A DNA stretch of 64,000 bases from Isurus oxyrinchus (GCA_026770705.1 JANJGN010000385.1:186001-250000), one strand, 5' to 3'. Counted from the first letter of the stretch, positions 48,325-61,153 are shown. Notes: generated by a model not told the origin, from the letters alone. Numbers and translations are program-made.

Positions 48325-49134
48325 CTGTAAAAACAGCCATTAATTACTGCACTACAGGTTTACAATGATGCTCCGATGTATCTCGAGAAGCGATACACTC
48401 ACTCAGTGTTTAAATACTCATTCTCGGGCAATGCTGACATTTATTGTCCATCCCTAGTTTCCCCTTGAGAAGGTGGTGGGGGGTCTTCCTCCTGAACCAC
48501 TGGTTTGTCCCAAACTGGGAGACCAGTTCAGAGGGCAGGTAAGAGTTAACCATGTTGGTGTCTGAGACTGGAGTCACATCCACATCGAGACATGCTTCCC
48601 TCCCTCAAGGGTATGTAGTCTCTACACATGTAACAACCAACCTCACTGAAATAATCGACTATCAGGTCATTATCACACGGTGGTTTGCGGGATCTTGCTG
48701 TGCACAAATCAGTACCTGTGTTTCCTACATTTCAACAGTGAGCTCACTTCGATAATGCTTCACTGGCTGTTGAATGTTTAGTAATTTCTAAGCAATTTAT
48801 GAATACAGGTATTGCATTTCAACATGTAACATTTATATATAATATTTATCAATTAAAGAATGAGAAGTTCAGCAATTAAAAGGGTTGTTCAGGACAGTTA
48901 GAGAGAGAAAGGTCGTCAAGTACGGAGATTGGAAACGAAGACCTGACAGCCTTGTCCTCACAACCGTTGAAGGAGAAACTGAGAGCAAAAACAGAAAGGG
49001 AGAGGAAAAATTGGATGTGTGGATAACGTGGACTGAGCGAGGATTGAAGAAAACTGGATTAAAAACAACACGATCCCAATGGCTCCACGGAGACCACGGA
49101 GACAACAAACAAACAAATGTATCTCCACACTCAC

Positions 49135-49416
49135 ATTCCACAGTGATGGTTATGAACCCCTCCACTGCTCCATGTTCATTCTCTGCCACACACTGATAGT
49201 CTCCAGTGTCCCTGGATGTAACGTGAGGAATCACCAACCACAGCTCATTGTTGGAACTTGTTCTGTTCATTGGGACATTAAGATGTCGCCACGTCAGGTT
49301 AGAAGCTGGGAAGCTCTTGACAGAGCAGATTATCACTGCAGAATTCCACTCAATTATATTGATTGATGAAGCGTAAATCATATTAAGCGAAGTAAATGAG
49401 AGATCCTGTGGTGCAT
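49135..49416 (-). CDS. Siglec-like gene D, membrane-proximal C2-set Ig exon (no upstream exons found in window)
   Basis: ttttag| ... T|gtgagt, 282 nt, ~93% identical to 10204-10485. Confidence 0.85.
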
Positions 49417-52400
49417 CTAAAAACAAATCAAGTGTTTAATGTGAGCAAACCTATTGCACAGCAAGACTCCATGCATCATCTCTCTGTATCTGATGTCTGA
49501 ATGCATTTCCAGGTAACTTCCCTCAGGATAACGTCTTATGCCACATTTTTAATGGACACTGCCTATGTAAACTGTCACACTGCAGTTGCATTCTCCCACC
49601 AGTAGAGGTGTTGTCCATCTAGAATGAAAGAAGCTTGCTTTCATATCCTCAGGATTTTGCAAAGGGCTGGACAGGCAATGAATTGTATTTGATTGATGGA
49701 GCACTGAGGGGGAAATCTACAATTCTCTGTTCAGGAGGTTGCTCATCCAGTTCAGGGTCTTGTTGATCTGGAGTTTACCTTCCTTCAACACAGAATCGGA
49801 GCTGACACCGAGACTCCAGTGCAGCCCTGAGAGAGAAGAGGGACCTCACGCGTGTTTATGTGTATGTGTTTGTGTTTCTACATATGTGAGTATGTTTGTG
49901 TGAGTATGCATGCATGTGTCTGTGTGTGCATGTGTGTATGTGTTTGCGCAAATGTGCGTGTGTCTTTGTGTATATTTCTGTGCATAAGTGAATGTGTGTA
50001 CATGTGTATGTGTATGTGTGTGCACGTGTGAGTGTGTGTGTGTGAGTTGAGTGTGTGTATGTTTCTGTGTAGGTTTTTGCACGTGTATGACTGTGTGTAA
50101 ATGTGCATGTATGTGCCTACACATGAGTGTGTGTGTGTGTGTGTGTGTGTACATGTGTGCATGTGGATTATCGCATCTTTATTATTAACGTTATTTAAAA
50201 ATAGTGATCACACAAGCCTGGCTTCTAAGGAGATGAAACTGCAAACAATTTACAGTAAAGTGAAATGTACAGGAATAATCTATTTATTTTGAGTTGATGA
50301 TATATAATTATACATGAGGCATGTTGCTAATTTCAAACATCATCTGAAATATGGCAGGTCTGACAGAGCAGCATTCCGTCAGTGTCCACCCTCTGACAGT
50401 GCAGCACTCCCTCAGCATTGACGCTTTGAGAGTGCAGCACTCCTTCAGTATTGACCCTCTGGAAGTGCAGCACTCCCTCAGTGCTAACCCTCCAACAGTG
50501 CAGCACTCCCTCAGTACTGACCTTCTGACAGTGCAGCACTCCCTAAGTACTGACCCTCTGACAGTTCAGCACTGCCTCAGTACTGACCCTTTGATAGAGC
50601 AGGGTTTCCCTCAGTACTGACCTCCTGACAGTGCAGCACTCCCTCAATATCGACCCTCCAACAGTGCAGCACTCCCTCAGCACTCCCTCACTGGGGAGAG
50701 TCCATCTGGGTTTTGAGCTGAAACCTTGAGACGGTTTGAAAACCCCAACCTGCTGTCTTGGAGAGAGAGAGAGAGAGTGAGTGCGTGTGTGAGAAAGAGA
50801 GACAATGTGTGTGTGAGAGAGTGACAGTGCGTATGTGTGCGAGAGAGAAGGATAGAGAGAAAGAGAAAATGTGTGAGAGAGCAAAAGAGAGGTAGAGTGT
50901 GTACGCATGAGAGAGTGAGGTAGCTGAATTGTGTGAGAGAGAGAGTGTGTGTGAGAGAAAGGGAATGTCTGTGTTAGAGAGAGAGCTTATGTGTGAGAGA
51001 GAAAGAAAGAGAGAGAATCTGTGGGTGTTAGATAGTGTGTGTGTGAAAGAGAGAGTGTGTATGTGAGAGAGCGTGTGCGTGAGAGCGTGTGTGTGTGTGT
51101 GTTTGAGAGAGAGGGTGTATGTGTTTGAGAGAAGGAGTGTGCGAGAGAGGGTGTGTGTATTTGAGAGGGAGTGTGTGTGTTTAAAAGAATGAACAAGGGA
51201 AAATGTGTGTACGTGTGTGTGTGTGTCTGCGTGTGCATTCTGACTGAGCCGAGCTTACAGTTTCACACGTTGCTAGGGACCACTTTTCCGCCTCTCTGTC
51301 AGACTGTGTGTATCTGACAGCAGGTCAGGCAGGAATAGTCCAGAATGCGCTGTGGTTTTGTAGCATTGAAACAACGACATGAACTAAATGAGTGCTGCAC
51401 CAAATAAAGACATGGAGTGACCACACCAAAAAACCACGTGACTTCCCCAGTTTCACATCTCCCTCAAACACAGAAAAACTGGGTTAACACTGACCTTCCT
51501 CCCAGAGCCAGTTCACCTCGTGTCCGATGCAGTCAGGAGAGGAAGATCATCTCTCCTCCGATCCTGGTAAACTGAACATTTCCAGAATTAGATCAGCTCC
51601 CTGAAGTGTCTCCAGTTAGACATTCATCTGACAGGATTGACTCTACAACCCTGGGGACTCATTCTCCTGTAAGTAAAACACTTGCTGCTCCTGTCAAATC
51701 TCTTCTGTACAGCATGGTCTCTGGATGTCCCAGAACATTTTACAGTTGAGTACACCCTTTTTTCGAAGTGTGGTTACTGTTGTAATGTAGGAAACGCAGC
51801 AGCCAATTAGCGCACAGCAAGCTCCCACAAACAGCAATGTGATCATCTGTTTTTGGTGATGTTGGTTGAGGGATAAATATTGGTGCCAGGACACCGGGGA
51901 GATCTCCCCCCTGCTCTTCCTCCAAATAGTGGCTGTGGGATCTTTCACACCCGCCCGAGAGGGCAGACGGGGGACTCAGTTTAGTGTCTAATATTGGACT
52001 AATCTCCAGGCGAGGTTGGCTGGATGGATTATTGACAAGGTCCATTCACCCTGTAAAGAGTTTCTCTGGTTTGAAATACCCGATCAAACATCGAGTTCTG
52101 TGTCTAAACCTTGTGTTGAAAAGACACCTTTCCAGCTCTTCACCTGCCATTAGCTTGTTGAGTCTTCACACGCTCCGTCTGTCCGTGACCAACCCCTCTT
52201 AGCTCATCCTTTCCTTGTCGTACATCGAGCTGTTCATCCTGACGGGTTCCATCCTTCCCAGTAACACTCCATCTCCAACATCAAACTAACTCCCAACACG
52301 TTGATGAATTGTATGGATTCCAGCGTCAGTTGGTTCTGTCTGAGGCTGTTTCTCTGATCGGGGACCGAGCTGTTCTGAATAGACATTGTGTTCAGCAGTT

Positions 52401-53654
52401 CTTATTGCAGATCAGGCTGTTCAACCAATGCTGCTGTTCACTGAGGTGACTCCGATTCTACATTCACACATTAATGATCTCATGTCCAGCAGCAAACATC
52501 TGAATGAAGCCAGGTTCAAGAAAAATCCCAGCTGCTTGATCCGACAGTTATCTGTTCAGGCATGGCCCCTTGTTCCAAATAACAAACATTATTTAAAAAT
52601 AGTCATCACATGAGCCTGGTTAACAAGGAAATGAAACCATGAACAATTTGCAGTGAAGTGAAACGTACAGGACTAATCTATTTAGATTGAGCTGATGATA
52701 TAGAATGTTACACGAGGCATGTTGCTAATTTCAAACATCATCTGAATTACGACAGTTCTGACAGTGCAGCACTCCCTCAGTACTGACCCTCTGACAGTGC
52801 AGCACTCCCTCACTACTGACCCTCTGACAGTGCAGCACTCCCTCAGTACTGACCCTCTGACAGTGCAGCACTCCCTCACTACTGACCCTCTGACAGCGCA
52901 GCACTACCTCAGTACTGACCCTCTGACAGTGCAGCACTCCCTCAGTACTGACCCTCTGACAGTGCAGCACACCCTCAGTACTCCCTCACTGGGGAGAATC
53001 TGCCTGGGTTTTGAGCAGAAATCATGTGCACGTCTTAAAACCACATCCTTCCGTATTAGAGAGAGTGTGTCTGAGAGAGAGAGAGGGCGAGAGAGACAGA
53101 GAGAGTCTGTGAGAGAGAAAAAGAGTTAGAAACAGTGTGTACATGTGTGAGGGAGAGTGTGTGTGTGTGTGAGGGAGCGATTGTGCGTATCAGAGAGAGT
53201 GTATGTGTGTGTGAGGGAGGATGTGTGTGTGAGGGAGAGTGTGTGTGTGTGAGAGAGATTCTGTGTGTGTGAGGGAGAGATTGTGCGTATCAGAGAGAGT
53301 GTGTGTGTGTGTGAGGGAGGATGTGTGTGTGAGGGAGGATGTGTGTGTGAGGGAGAGTGTGTGTGTGTGAGAGAGATTCTGTGTGTGTGAGGGAGAGTGT
53401 GTGTGTGTGTGAGAGATTCTGTGTGTGTGAGGGAGAGAGTGCATGAGAGTGAGAAAGAGGGAGACAGCAGAAGAGAAAGATAGAGAGAGATGGTAAATGT
53501 TTGAGAGAGAGAGAATGAGAGTGTCTGAGAGAGAGAGAGAATGTATGTGTGTGAGAGAGAGAGAATGTGTGTGTGTGAGAGAGAGAATGTGTGTGTGTGA
53601 GAGAGATAGAGCAGAAGAGTGTGATAGAGAGAGATTGTGAGTGTTAGAGAGAGA

Positions 53655-53685
<31 letters not shown>

Positions 53686-54083
53686 CAGAAGAGTGTGATA
53701 GAGAGAGATTGTGAGTGTTAGAGAGAGAATGTGTGTGTGAGAGAGAGAGAGATAGAGCAGAAGAGTGTGATAGAGAGAGATTGTGAGTGCTGACAGAGAG
53801 AATGTGTGTGTGTGAGAGAGAGAGAGAGCAGAAGAGTGTGATAGAGAGAGATTGTGAGTGTTAGAGAGAGAATGTGTGTGTGAGAGAGAGAGAGATAGAG
53901 CAGAAGAGTGTGATAGAGAGAGATTGTGAGTGTTAGAGAGAGAATGTGTGTGTGTGTGAGAGAGAGATAGAGCAGAAGAGTGTGATAGAGAGAGATTGTG
54001 AGTGTTAGAGAGAGAATGTGTGTGTGAGAGAGAGAGAGAGCAGAAGAGTGCGATAGAGAGACATTGTGAGTGTTAGAGAGAGA

Positions 54084-54118
<35 letters not shown>

Positions 54119-54415
54119 CAGAAGAGTGTGATAGAGACAGATTGTGAGGGCTAAACTCACTAAGAGAAAAAGCTGGACACCCAGCACAGGGAGTGAGGGA
54201 ACAATGAATTTTTGCCGTGTTTGGTGAATCGGTTTGCGATGTCCCTTCTCAATCTCTCCTTCCTTGTCTTGACATTAGATAATTCCCTGGGGCTGTTTAA
54301 TTCCCTGAAAGGTGCCATTTAAACACAAGTTGTTGTTGTTTGAGGAAGAAACACTGGGGACAATTTCTGAAAAAGTCTCTGTCTTTGTCATTTCCATTTA
54401 GATGAGGAACTGAAG

Positions 54416-54461
54416 ATGGGAGAGGTCGGTCTGATACTGATCGTCATCAGCTTGCTGCAAG
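54416..54461 (+). pseudogene. Siglec/MAG-like gene E, leader exon (MGEVGLILIVISLLQ)
   Basis: Acceptor ends at 54401, ATG at 54416, SLLQ-G|gt in phase 1 as in the other leaders. Confidence 0.8.
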
Positions 54462-54789
54462 GTACAAATTCATTACTGATCGGAACTCAGGGAATTGGAT
54501 TCTTTCCTGGAGTGAGGAAGTGAACATTTAATTTTAGAGAACAGGGTTAGTGATCACACAGAGAGTGAGTGAATAGCGAGTCAGAGAATATAGCAAAAGA
54601 AAAAGCCTCATACAGACTCGAAACACCAACTCTGTTTCTCTCTCCACAGATGCTGTCAGACCTGCTGAGTTTTTCCAGCATTTTCTGTTTGTGCATCAGA
54701 GAGCTTGTTTCAATAGGAATGACAGTGCATTTATATAGCACCTTTAATGCAGTAAAACATCCTTACTGCTTCACAGGATTCCCCCACAA

Positions 54790-55250
54790 GGGGTAACATC
54801 CCCTCAGCATCGACCCTGTCAAACCCCCCACCACCTCAGAATCTTATATGTTTCAATAAGATCACCTCTCATTCTTCTAAACTCCAATGGATACAGGGCC
54901 CAACCTGCTCAACATTTCCTCATAAGACAAACCCCCTTCATCCCAGGAATCAGCCCAGTGATCCTCCTCTGAACTGCCTCCAATGCAGAGTCTATCCCTC
55001 CCTAAGTAAGGAGACCAGAACTGTACACACTGCTCCTGATACAATCTCACCAACGCCCTGTACAGTTGTAGCAAGACTCCCCTCCTTTTATACTCCATCC
55101 CTTTGCAATAAAGGCCAACATTCCACTTGCCTTCCTCATTCCGTGCTGTTCCTGAATGCTGACTTTCTGTGATTCATGTACAAGGACACCCAGATCCCTC
55201 TGTGTCGCATTCTGTAGATTCTCTCCATTGAAGTAATATTCTGCTTTTTG
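54790..55250 (-). mobile_element. CR1-type LINE fragment
   Basis: MEYKRRGVLLQLYRALVRLYQEQCVQFWSPYL. Confidence 0.85.
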
Positions 55251-55281
55251 ATGTCCTGTCCCCTCCCTTGTTGCCTTTCAG

Positions 55282-55583
55282 GAGTGACGTCAGAGGAATG
55301 GTCTATGAAGGCGCTGCCTCAGAGGGCCATCAGCAGCTCTTGTGTGGTTATTCCGTGTAGCTTTGACTTTCCTTCCCACTCTTACACAGCACTGCATGGA
55401 GCTTGGTATAAATATTGGTATAGATGGAAATATACCATCACATACACCAAAGATCCCAATTATGGGATGGCCACATTCGTGGGACGTGCTAAAATAATCG
55501 GCGACTTGGAAGGGAAGAATTGTTTGGTGAGGATTGACAGTCTCAGAGCTGAAGACAGTGACGTGTATTACACCCAATTCTAA
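55282..55583 (+). pseudogene. Siglec/MAG-like gene E, truncated V-set exon
   Basis: SSCVVIPCSFDFP..LHGAWY..FVGRAKIIGDLEGKNCLVRIDSLRAEDSDVYY, then TQF*. Homology is lost after 55571. Confidence 0.9.
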
Positions 55584-55970
55584 ATCTTTTCACCAATTAG
55601 TCGTCCTCATGAAGATGTATTTTCAGCTGAAGCCGTGGGTAATAATGCAGAGGTTTAAGTTTAACTCCAGAGTAAGGGCCCAGGGAGAGTCCATCGCAAC
55701 CTATACAGTGAAGTGGAAGCAGGTGACTGAGCACTGGGACCTCGGAGACACACTCAATGACATGTTGCGGGGCCGATTGGTTTGTGTCGTTCACCCCAAC
55801 GCCATTCAGAGCCGTTTACTCGCAGAAGCCGACATCGATTTGAAGCGCACCATGGAAATAGCGCCAGGCATGGAAAGTGCTGGGAGAGACTGGCGGGATT
55901 TACAGGATGTACAACATGGCGCCAGTCCTCAGCTGGGACAGGAACCAACCACCGGGCGTGAGGCTCAAAC

Positions 55971-56003
<33 letters not shown>

Positions 56004-56680
56004 CCGCCAAGCGAGAGACAGTCTCTGCCGCTCCAGAAACTAAAAGGCTTCGTGGGAGTATTTCAGCAGCAACTCCGAAGTTGGCCTGTTCTCGATGTGG
56101 GGGGCATTGAGCACGTACTGGACACCTGCAGGTTCAAGGGGGCAGAATGCCATCACTGCCACAAGAAAGGGGCGGGTAATAAAGCAATGCAGGGTGAAAT
56201 CGAGACAGCCCATCAGACAGTGCACCAACATGATGGAAGTGAATAATATCACAGAGCCTGAAGCTGCTGATACCGATGTCTATTCCCTGTCCAATGTCAC
56301 AGTGGTAAAAACTGAACCTATAACCATCACAACCCAAGTGAATGGGCAGCCACTAGTAATGGGGCAGATACGGGAGCCTCAGACACAGTGGTGGAAGAGC
56401 CCACATTTAAACAGCTAAATGAAGGAACCCAGACGCTGAATTTAGAGCCAACAATGGATCAGCTGAAGACACACACTGGAGAATCCATACAGGGAAAGGA
56501 CCTCATCCCAGTACCTGTGTCCTACAGGCAGCAGACAGCCCAGCTTCCAGTGATCATAGTGACAGGTGAGGGCCCTAGTCTTCTGGGCCGAGACTGGTTC
56601 CAGAAAACCAAGCTCAGCTGCTCTGAAATGTTTCACTGGAGGAGTTGCTGAGTTGCTAAGGGAATATGAGAGTGTATCTC
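55572..56680 (+). mobile_element. Ty3/Gypsy LTR-retrotransposon gag-protease remnant
   Basis: QRFKFNSRVRAQGESI..DMLRGRLVC..IQSRLLAE (gag), CRFKGAECHHCHKKG (Zn knuckle), DTGAS and LLGRDW (retropepsin), with frameshifts. Confidence 0.9.
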
Positions 56681-56939
56681 GGGAATGAGTTTGAAGAATT
56701 GAAGCATCCTCACAGGCTGCAAGTGTCCCTCAGGTCAGAGTTGGTTCCACTGGAAAATCCTGAAGAGAAAGAAAGCGAATTCTGTGCCGCTCTGAGCAAA
56801 CTGAAGAAACAGTTGGCAGGGAAGACCCAACCATGTCCAATGTTCCAGGAGGAAGGCAAGAGATACAAGGAAGAGACTGAAGAGCTGAAGATTCAGCTGA
56901 ATGAAACCAAAGAGGCAGTTACAGTATCACAACAAGTTT

Positions 56940-57180
56940 ACAGTGCAGAAGGAGGCCATTCAGCCCGTCGAGCCTGTTACACAGGAACAGTAGCAAGCCC
57001 ATTCAGCCACTGATGTCTCTTACACAGGAACGGAAGGAGGCCCATTTAGCTCCTCAAGACTGTTACACAGAAACAGGAGGAGGCCATTCTGCCACTTATG
57101 TCCGTTATACAGGAACAGGAGGAGGCCCATTCAGCCACTGATGCCCGTTACACAGGAACAGGAGGAGGCCATTCAGCCCC
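56940..57180. repeat. ~40-bp tandem repeat (ttacacaggaacaggaggaggccattcagcc), ~6 copies
   Basis: Visible tandem units. Confidence 0.8.
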
Positions 57181-60100
57181 TTGTAGGGTGTGGTGGTGTG
57201 TGTCAGCTTCACCTGCGACTTCTGAGCCGTCTGAATCACTCCCACTCCCTGGGTTCTAGACCTTGGACTTATTCGGGGCTTGTCACAAAGTGCAGCGGAC
57301 AACTGGTTTTGGTGCAAGACAAAAACTGAGTTTATTGAAGTCACAAATGAACTTCTAACATTAGGATGACACTGAGATTATACAGACTTACAAAGTACAC
57401 TGAGTTAAGAATAGGGAACACATGGCATAACGAGGGAGAATCACGCTACTAATGCCCTTACCCTTGTCCCACCGCCCATCCCTAACTAAATTGCACTAGG
57501 AGAGGTCAGGGGTCACGCTCACCAACCCAGGGTTCCTTGACAGGTGGAAATCCAGCCAGGTAAGCCGGTTGCAGTTTTGGGGGACGCTCTTAGTGTCCTC
57601 TGGGGCCTGTCATCCCCACGTGGTCCTGGTCTGTGGAATCTGTGAAGGGTCTTCAGTTGGGTGGAGGGCGCGGTTGTGGGTGGTCGATCTTCATGGACGG
57701 CAGCGGTTGTGGCCTTGTTGTCTTCGGTTGAGCCTGCCACCCCGTGCCCCTCACCGTGATGTTGCCTGTGGGCCTGCAAACCTCCAGATCTCCTTGCTTA
57801 AACTCTGTTGCAACCGCTCCCAACTGCTCACTGCCCTGTGTCAGCTTTCAACACTGCAACCCTTCTGCTGGCTGGTTTCTCTCCCAACTGACTGCCTAGT
57901 TATACTGCCTTTCGAGTTTCTTATCGCAATCCAAATCAAGGTTCGTTCTTTGTTTGTCTTTGGTGGGCTTCCCCAGGTGATTGATGTCTCGTTGTTGTTA
58001 ATGGGCTCGCATGATGTTTATCATTGTCTTCCTGCCCAGTAACTAGTTTTGAACTGAAAGCCATTGTATGTGTGGAGTATTGATGGCTTCGCATAATTAA
58101 ATTGCCGGCCTCAGAAGTTAGGAGCGATTATTGATGCAAGATTTAGATGGGCTTCAGTTGCGTGTGAAGTGAAGTCTTTCTCTGGGTTGATTGTATTAAA
58201 GGGAAGAATGCGTATTCTGTCTCCTCTCGTTGTCTGGTTTCAGGCCAAACATTCCACACTGCTCTCAATAAGCCCGGACATGTGCAGCCCCAGGCCTTCA
58301 TGGGCCCAGCCTCCTGTCTGCAGGGTTTTCCACTTAACTCAGCAGTTTAAAGGTGCAAAAGTGATATCCTTGTTGATGATATGGAAAATGTGGGAATTTT
58401 GAGAACCCTTCAAGAGATAGGGAGGGTTACAGGGGCTGGAGGAGGTTACAGGTATAGGGAGGGGTGTAGGGGTTGAAGGTGGTTACAGAGATGGGGAGGG
58501 CTGTAGGGGTTGAAGGTGGTTACAGAGATGGGGAGGGTTGTGGGGGTTGGAGGAGGTTACAGATATAGGGAGGGGTGTAGGGGTTGAAGGTGGTTACAGA
58601 GATGGGGAGGATTGTAGAGGCAGGTGGAGGCTGCCTTAGGGAGGGTTGTAGGTGCTGGAGGAAAGGGAGAGAGAGAGGAGGTTACAGATATAGGGAGGGA
58701 GACAGTCAGAGAGAGAGCCTCCAGAAGATAGAGAGCGATAGAGAGATTGAGAGACAGACAGAGACTGAGAGAGGGAGAAGAGAGAAGGAGAGTGAGAGAG
58801 AGAGAGAACAAGTGTGAAAGATGGTGGAAGGGAAGAGTGGGGAGGTGTTGGCCTGATGGTATTTTCGCTGGACCAGTAATCCAGAGACCCAGTGTAATGC
58901 TCCTGGGACCCTGGTTAGAATCCCACCACAGCAGTTGGTGGAATTTGAACTCAATAAATACCTGGAATTAAAAGTCCGATGATGACCAGGAAACCATTGC
59001 TGATTCTTGTATTTGGGTCACAAATGCCCTTTAGGGAGGGAAATCTGCTGTCCTTATCTGGTCTGGCCTACATGTGACTCCAGACCCACAGCAATGTGGT
59101 TCACTTTTAAAAAGTGGCCTCTGAACAAGGGCAATTAGGGTTGGGCAATAAATGCTGGCCTGGGCAGTGATGTCCACATCACATGAAAGAATGAAATAAA
59201 AGGACAGAAGAGGGACAGACAGAGTCGAGAGACACCCAGAATGAAAAAAACACAGTAAACACAGGAAAATAAACATTCTGGTCTGATCTGGTCTTGTATA
59301 CCTTCAAATGGAACACCAGTAAAACAGGGAAATAAGAGTACTGGGCCAAACTGTTAGAGAGGGTCACATTTAGAGAGAGAGAGAGAGAGAGAGAAAGAGG
59401 GAGACACTGAAAGAGATAAGGACAAGGAAAGAAAGAGTGAGAGAGAGAGACAGACAGAGACACACAAAGAAGTAGAAAGAAAGTGATAGAGATGAAGCAG
59501 GAGAGAATGAGGAGAGAGATAGATAGATAGAGAGAGAGGATGGTAGAGAAAGAGAACGAGAGGAAAAGAGACAAAGGCAGAATGTGATGGAACACTGAAT
59601 CCTTGTCTATGCGTTTTGAAATCCAGCCCAGAACTATCATTGGAAGATTCAGCGAGTGTCCAGTACAGGGGACCCAGCCCAACCTTCTCATCCTGACCTT
59701 CCCAGTGGGGCTGAAGAGGGCAGAGAGGAAACCTTCCTCTGTTATTCTGTTGTCGAATAAACACAACAATTCTGGAACTCTGCCCTTTCTATCTCACGGA
59801 TTAGAATATAAGGGGGCAGAGGTCATGCTTCAGTCTACATAAAGCCCTGGCTAGACCACACCTGGAGTCACTGTGAGACATTCTGGGCCCCACACCTTAG
59901 GAAGGATATATTGACCTCGGAGGGAGAGCAGTGTCAGTTTACCAGAATGAGACCGGGACTCCAAGGGTTAAATCACAAGGAGAGATTAAACACAAACTCG
60001 GCTTGTATTCCCTGGAAGTTAGAATGTTAAGCAGGAGATTTGATGAAAGTTTGCATGAAACTAAGGGGAACAGATTGGGGGCAATAAAGGGAAACCATTT

Positions 60101-60774
60101 CCCCTGGTTGGGGGGAGTCTGGGACTCGGGGTCAGAGCCTAAAAAGGAGAGGCTGACCTTTCAGGAGTGAAATTAGGAAGCACAAAGGGTGGGAGAAATT
60201 TGGAACGGTCTTCCCCAAACTGAAACTGATGCACGATCAAGTTGTTCATTTTAAACCTGTGAGACTGATAGATTTTTGTTATCCAAAGGTATTAAAGGAG
60301 ATGGGACAAAGCCATATGGGGCTAGTTTGCAGATCAGCCATGATCTCATTGAATGGTGGAGCAGGCTCGAGGGGCCAAATGGCCTCCTCCTACCCTCATG
60401 TAATAGAAACTTACCTGTCAGAAGCCAGTTTATGTTGATGTGAGTCTGAGTCGATGACTGAACCCAGTTGGTAACTTGTTCCATACAAAGCAAGAACGTT
60501 CATGCCCTTCAATGTTCCTGGATAAACCATGAACAAAGCTGGTGCCAGACAGTCTCCACATGGTAAACACTGACCGATCAACACATGACATGGCTGTTAA
60601 CCCTTAAACCTCAGCGTAAATCAGTTCCCCCTCGAGGCCCCTTGTCCAAAATAAAAGCAACGCACACAATTTGTAAAATAGTAAGTGTAGCAATGAGAGG
60701 AGTAAGGGGTTAGGGGGCATGCGGTTCACCTGATTTGCCGACATAAGAACCAGCCCCTCTGTTTTTGCTATGTT

Positions 60775-60991
60775 GTGTTGCGTCAATATGAACACATATT
60801 TGCACAAGGTGAAGGGCGTTGCGGAGGGACTGATAGTTCTCGGCGCCAGACAGTCAATGTCCCAGTGACCTTACTGCTGGTCCCAGGCCAGTGGGACAGG
60901 GAACATCGACACTGCAATATCCAGAAATGGGTGTGATACCACACAGCTACCCACCCGCGGCTGTCCCCTTCAAGTGTTTCAGGTATAAGAG
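60775..60991 (+). promoter_or_regulatory. Hepcidin copy 2 proximal promoter
   Basis: TTGCACAA at 60800-60807, GGCGCC at 60842-60847 followed by AGAC, TATAAGAG at 60984-60991. Confidence 0.75.
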
Positions 60992-61075
60992 CAGGAAGCT
61001 CCTCTAGTTACAAACCAAAGCATCAAAGCAGAGCCAGAAGATCAGAAGAGACAGGCAGAGATGGGAAGCTCCCAG

Positions 61076-61153
61076 ATGAAATGGCGACTTGTCTTGTTCA
61101 CTCTGACTTTGCTGCTCTCCCTGCAGCTGAGTCACTTCTTCTCCTTGTCGAGG
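61076..61153 (+). CDS. hamp: Hepcidin copy 2, exon 1 (signal peptide)
   Basis: Coding sequence identical to 31847-31924, donor AGG|gtaagc. Confidence 0.85.

Noticed and set aside
56666-57013. Coiled-coil-like 115-aa ORF
   Set aside because: It is continuous with the Gypsy remnant, ends in a tandem repeat and has no exon structure.
57189-57928. Possible LTR (TG...CA, minus-strand AATAAA) ending at the right-arm-specific block boundary
   Set aside because: No matching TSD or partner LTR is visible, so it was left uncalled.
61127-61153. 27-nt micro-exon after ctccctgcag
   Set aside because: Better explained as the 3' part of hepcidin exon 1, which has an in-frame ATG at 61076 and a TATA box upstream.
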